This document shows positions 39,785 through 43,242 of a DNA stretch of 43,242 nt, one piece after another. The position numbers were made by a program, and so were the translations under genes. Each line of letters opens with the position of its first letter. The first letter of the stretch is position 1. The notes below the pieces were generated by a model. It was given only the letters and a program-made list of their open reading frames with translations, did not search any database and was not told the DNA's origin. This DNA comes from an uncultured Wenzhouxiangellaceae bacterium (GTDB lineage Bacteria; Pseudomonadota; Gammaproteobacteria; Xanthomonadales; Wenzhouxiangellaceae): positions 1-43,242 of the forward strand of contig CAZHRH010000003.1 of assembly GCA_964534475.1 (NCBI GenBank), in the 5' to 3' direction.

Positions 39785-40006
39785 ATGACTCAACTTGAAG
39801 CCGCCAAAACTAATATACATCAGCTGGAACAGCAAATCAGCCGACTGCTGGAAATCAAGCACAAACTGGAGCAGGAAAATGCATCATTGCTGGCACGTCA
39901 GGAATCACTGGTGGTTGAACGCGCCAACCTGCTGGGCAGAAACGAACAAGCCAGGCATCGTGTAGAAGGCGTGCTTGATCGTCTGAAAGCGATGGAAAAA
40001 GTTTGA
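39785..40006 (+). CDS. Small coiled-coil protein preceding zapA (ZapB-like / TIGR02449-like)
   Basis: The 73-aa protein has a heptad-rich sequence (LEQQISRLLEIKHKLEQENASLLARQESL). The ATG at 39785 is preferred over the TTG at 39770. The family assignment is from memory of Pseudomonas-type synteny. Confidence 0.6.
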   Translation: MTQLEAAKTNIHQLEQQISRLLEIKHKLEQENASLLARQESLVVERANLLGRNEQARHRVEGVLDRLKAMEKV

Positions 40007-40142
40007 ATGCAATATCGCCTCGCAAGCGAACAGGACTCAATGTTGCCACTCTCACCGATAATGAATGAGCTCAGATCGGGGCTGCATGGTTACTGCGGTT
40101 CCTCGCTCAACATCATTCTGGCAAGCAAAAGACTGCAGTCGA

Positions 40143-40445
40143 ATGTCCACTGATCGCCAACCCATCACCGTGCGCGTACTGGATCGCGAATTCACCATCA
40201 ACTGTGAACCGCACGAACGCGAACAGCTTCTGGATGCCGCCCGCTACCTGGATTTGCGCATGCGCGACGCGCGCGATCACGGCCCCAGTCTGACCTACGA
40301 AAAAATCGCCGTCATGAGCGCGTTGAACATCTGCAATGTACTACTGCAGCAGGAGCGCGATTTGCGCGAGCGCGAACAAGACATAGACCAGCGCGTGGCT
40401 GCCATCAATGAGAAACTGCAACGCGAACTTGATGAACGGGGCTGA
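40143..40445 (+). CDS. zapA: Cell division protein ZapA
   Basis: VRVLDREFTINCEPHEREQLLDAARYLDLRM is typical of ZapA. I trimmed the start to the ATG at 40143 (100 aa). The gene is followed by 6S RNA, as in E. coli. Confidence 0.9.
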   Translation: MSTDRQPITVRVLDREFTINCEPHEREQLLDAARYLDLRMRDARDHGPSLTYEKIAVMSALNICNVLLQQERDLREREQDIDQRVAAINEKLQRELDERG

Positions 40446-40461
40446 TTGGGCATAGACTATA

Positions 40462-40650
40462 GATGTCCTCTGCGAGGTTCGCCAGCCGGAACAATGATGC
40501 CTTGTCCCTATTCATCGACCTCGGGAAGACAGACTGTCCTCGGTGTGCATGTTCGCCCTGGAGCGAAAAGCCTGATGATGGCACGACGTCAACCCACCTG
40601 AGCCTTTGGTTCAAGGTCACGTCCCGGCAGCGGCTTCCGCGGAGGATCAT
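40462..40650 (+). ncRNA. ssrS: 6S RNA
   Basis: It lies between zapA and ygfA. The 5' end UCCUCUGCGAGGUUCGCCAGCCGG pairs with the 3' end CCGGCAGCGGCUUCCGCGGAGGA to form the closing stem. A conserved GGUUCAAGG element is present. The ends are approximate (+/-5 nt). Confidence 0.8.
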
Positions 40651-40674
40651 CTTTGTTATGTCTCGAACAGCATT

Positions 40675-41274
40675 TTGAGCCGCACAGAACGCACATCCAG
40701 CAAACAAATTCTGCGGCAACAATTGCTGCAACAGCGCGCGCAACATTCTGCGCCTGCGCTGGACCAAGCCTCAGTCCGCATCCGCCAGCATCTGCTTGAC
40801 TGGTTGCAGCCACAGACCGCAGCAACACTGTGCGCCTTCGCCGCCGGCAACCATGAGATTAACCTCTTGCCGCTGCTGGAAAAACTGCAGCAACTGGGCT
40901 GGCGCACCGCGCTTCCAGTGATCGATCCGGATCAACCCGGTCGCATGCAGATGCATCTGTGGCAAGCAGGTGATGTCCTGCACAACAACCGTTTCGCCAT
41001 TCCCGAACCGGCATCTGCGTGCGCGCAAATCGCGGCTGAAGACATCACTGTTTGCCTGCTGCCGTTGCTGGCGTTTACCGATCGCGGCGTGCGCCTCGGC
41101 ATGGGCGGTGGCTATTATGATCGCTGGTTGATTCATACCGCGCCTGCCATGCAGCGCATCGGCATCGCCTGCGACTGGCAGCGCCAGCCTGTGCTGCCGC
41201 TGGATCGGTGGGATCAGAACATGCATTATGTCTGTACCGAAAGCGGCCTGCAGCGCTGTGTTGCGGCAGCATAA
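40675..41274 (+). CDS. ygfA: 5-formyltetrahydrofolate cyclo-ligase
   Basis: The motifs LPVIDP...FAIPEP...LLPLLAFTDRGVRLGMGGGYYDRWL are typical of the family. The track start (TTG at 40606) lies inside 6S RNA, so I prefer the in-frame TTG at 40675. No in-frame ATG is available near the N-terminus. Confidence 0.8.
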   Translation: MSRTERTSSKQILRQQLLQQRAQHSAPALDQASVRIRQHLLDWLQPQTAATLCAFAAGNHEINLLPLLEKLQQLGWRTALPVIDPDQPGRMQMHLWQAGDVLHNNRFAIPEPASACAQIAAEDITVCLLPLLAFTDRGVRLGMGGGYYDRWLIHTAPAMQRIGIACDWQRQPVLPLDRWDQNMHYVCTESGLQRCVAAA

Positions 41275-41304
41275 TCGAATACCACCAAGCACGGAGGATA
41301 TACC

Positions 41305-41766
41305 TTGCAGTACTGGCTGATGAAAAGCGAACCCGAAGAGTTCAGCATTGATGATCTACAACGTGTCGGCACCGAACCCTGGGATGGCATCCGCAACTAC
41401 CAGGCGCGCAATTTCATGCGCGATGACATGCATATCGGTGATCAGGTGCTGTTTTATCATTCCAACTGCAAACCACCGGGCATTGTCGGTGTCGCCAAAA
41501 TCGCCAGCGAGGCCTATCCCGACCCGACCCAGTTCGATCCCGACAACAGTCACTACGATGCTGACAGCAAACCGGATGATCCGCGCTGGCTGCTGGTCGA
41601 TGTCAGCTTTGTGCGCAAACTCGACGGCATCATCAGTCTGCCCACGATCAAGGCGCATGCCGAGCAACTCGATGGCCTGCCGCTGATCCGCAAGGGCAAC
41701 CGCCTGTCTATCATGCCGGTGAGCAAACAGCACTTCGACTTCCTGCTCGGACTAGACACTCAATGA
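41305..41766 (+). CDS. EVE (PUA-like) domain protein
   Basis: The N-terminus (M)[17 protein letters not shown] and VLFYHSN are typical of EVE domains. The TTG start at 41305 follows GGAGGA with 7-nt spacing. Confidence 0.85.
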   Translation: MQYWLMKSEPEEFSIDDLQRVGTEPWDGIRNYQARNFMRDDMHIGDQVLFYHSNCKPPGIVGVAKIASEAYPDPTQFDPDNSHYDADSKPDDPRWLLVDVSFVRKLDGIISLPTIKAHAEQLDGLPLIRKGNRLSIMPVSKQHFDFLLGLDTQ

Positions 41767-42416
41767 ACCAGGACGCGATGAAACAGCAGGTCGCCAATGC
41801 TGCGCTGCAACAGATTCCAGATGACATCGTGCTCGGCGTTGGCACCGGCAGCACCGTAAATGCGCTGATCGAGCAGATGATCGCCCGGCGCAAGCGTCTG
41901 ACCGGCTGCGTGTCCAGCTCCGAAGCCACCACTGCCCAGTTGCGCGAAGGCGGCTATGAAGTGATGGAGCTGAACCACGCCGGTGAACTGTCGCTGTATG
42001 TCGATGGTGCCGACGAGTGCGACCCCAACCGCTGCCTGATCAAGGGCGGCGGCGGTGCTCTCACGCGCGAAAAAATCATCGCCGCCACCAGCCAACGCTT
42101 CATTTGTATCATTGATGCCAGCAAGCAGGTGCAAGTGCTGGGTGACTTCCCGTTGCCGGTGGAAGTCATCCCGATGGCACGCAGCTACGTCGCCCGCGAA
42201 CTGCTCAAACTGGGCGGCGAACCGGTGTGGCGGGAAAACGTCACCACCGATAACGGCAACCAGATCCTTGACGTTGGCAGACTGCAGATCAACGACCCGG
42301 TAACACTGGAAGACAGCATCAACAACATCGCCGGCGTCGTTACCGTGGGGCTGTTTGCACGCCGCCCGGCCGATCAGGTGATGGTGGCTACTGCTGATGG
42401 TGTGGTTGAGGTGTAA
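41763..42416 (+). CDS. rpiA: Ribose-5-phosphate isomerase A
   Basis: The motifs [13 protein letters not shown] and [11 protein letters not shown] are present. Its ATGA start overlaps the stop of the upstream gene. Confidence 0.95.
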   Translation: MNQDAMKQQVANAALQQIPDDIVLGVGTGSTVNALIEQMIARRKRLTGCVSSSEATTAQLREGGYEVMELNHAGELSLYVDGADECDPNRCLIKGGGGALTREKIIAATSQRFICIIDASKQVQVLGDFPLPVEVIPMARSYVARELLKLGGEPVWRENVTTDNGNQILDVGRLQINDPVTLEDSINNIAGVVTVGLFARRPADQVMVATADGVVEV

Positions 42417-42496
42417 TGATGCTAAATAGGTGTAAAATACCACGATCGTTCTTGCAGACTACGACCTGAATTAACTCATGACAAAGGGTGAATAAG

Positions 42497-43048
42497 ATGC
42501 TCAAAAGATTCATTGATGGACTTGTTTTCGGATCTGGTTTCACTGTTTCCCTTCTTGCCGTATGGTATGTAGTGTCAGTTGTTATTGTGCCGAAGTTTTA
42601 TGGTCCTTCCGTTGAATATACCGAGATGGAATCGCTGCCTGAAACTGGCAAAACACGCTATGAATCACGGCCAGCTATGGACTATGGAAGTGTTCAGTCA
42701 TTTATCGACTTGAGTGTGGATGAGCAAATCGAGCAGGCCAGCGCAATTGCCCTGGCTGAACACAAGCCCGCACCCGATGGCCAGATGAAAGCCATCATTT
42801 ATGATTTTATAAAAAAAGATGCAAGTACGGATATACATTACAAGATTGGAGACGAATTTCCAAGCGCAAGCTATTATCCACGTGAAAACAGTGTCAGTGC
42901 GGATGGTATCGTCATATTCTTCAATGAAAATCCGGCAAGAATGAAATCGTACATGCCCTATTATGGTGATCGCGTTGCTGGTCTTGGTGATATTCCGTTG
43001 CAGTTACTGCGTGATAAATGCGATGATGCAAGCTCGAATTTGCCATAA
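42497..43048 (+). CDS. Hypothetical protein with a single N-terminal TM anchor
   Basis: The ORF lies in a visibly AT-richer stretch. The N-terminal hydrophobic helix is FGSGFTVSLLAVWYVVSVVIV. I recognise no family. The ATG at 42497 follows AGGGTG. Confidence 0.45.
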   Translation: MLKRFIDGLVFGSGFTVSLLAVWYVVSVVIVPKFYGPSVEYTEMESLPETGKTRYESRPAMDYGSVQSFIDLSVDEQIEQASAIALAEHKPAPDGQMKAIIYDFIKKDASTDIHYKIGDEFPSASYYPRENSVSADGIVIFFNENPARMKSYMPYYGDRVAGLGDIPLQLLRDKCDDASSNLP

Positions 43049-43242
43049 AACATCACCTGCAGGATCAGCACAAGACAGGTAAACCATGCTCATACGAAAA
43101 AGCGTACCGGCAGTGACGCTTTACACCGGTCTGGATGGGCCTCGGCGCTATCGGGTAGTCTTCTCGCATCTAATTCCTTTTCAGATGTCTAGCCCGAATA
43201 ATTCATGATTGCTAAAAGCAAAAGCCCCAAACGTGCGAAAAT

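Noticed and set aside
40463-40678. A 71-aa plus-strand ORF between zapA and ygfA.
   Set aside because: - It coincides with the 6S RNA, which is supported by synteny, the closing stem and a conserved element.
- The ORF is therefore very unlikely to be coding.

Overview
This window looks like chromosomal DNA from a moderately GC-rich Gammaproteobacterium. The evidence is the conserved ygfB-pepP-ubiH-ubiI block lying divergent from zapA-6S RNA-ygfA-rpiA.

Most of the window is ordinary housekeeping:
- A beta-oxidation operon: FadE, a reversed-domain FadB-like enzyme and a thiolase.
- Two translationally coupled monohaem cytochromes c.
- serS.
- The glyoxylate shunt (aceB-aceA) with a divergent LysR regulator.
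- pncA-pncB.
- A Cry-DASH photolyase homologue.
- A secreted KatG.
- gabD.
- cysK.
- tRNA-Leu(CAA).

The stand-out is an accessory-looking segment at about 24.4-32.8 kb. One side is bounded by a truncated, frameshifted PLP-enzyme pseudogene plus two MITE-like repeats. The other side is bounded by an AT-rich leader and tRNA-Leu.

This segment carries a tightly packed five-gene minus-strand cluster in which every product has an export signal:
- a Tat-exported multicopper oxidase;
- a Tat-exported SCO-fold protein that has lost its CxxxC copper site;
- an orphan secreted protein of about 650 aa that I cannot assign to any family;
- a canonical SCO1/SenC copper chaperone;
- a cytochrome c fused to a type-1 periplasmic binding-protein domain.

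I read this cluster as a candidate undescribed periplasmic copper/haem redox system. That reading is inference from motifs and gene order only.

Smaller curiosities:
- a 14-bp x4 tandem repeat abutting the cysK RBS;
- a perfect 25-bp palindrome upstream of katG;
- a strong hairpin inside the copper cluster.

I found no CRISPR array, rRNA gene or intact transposase.
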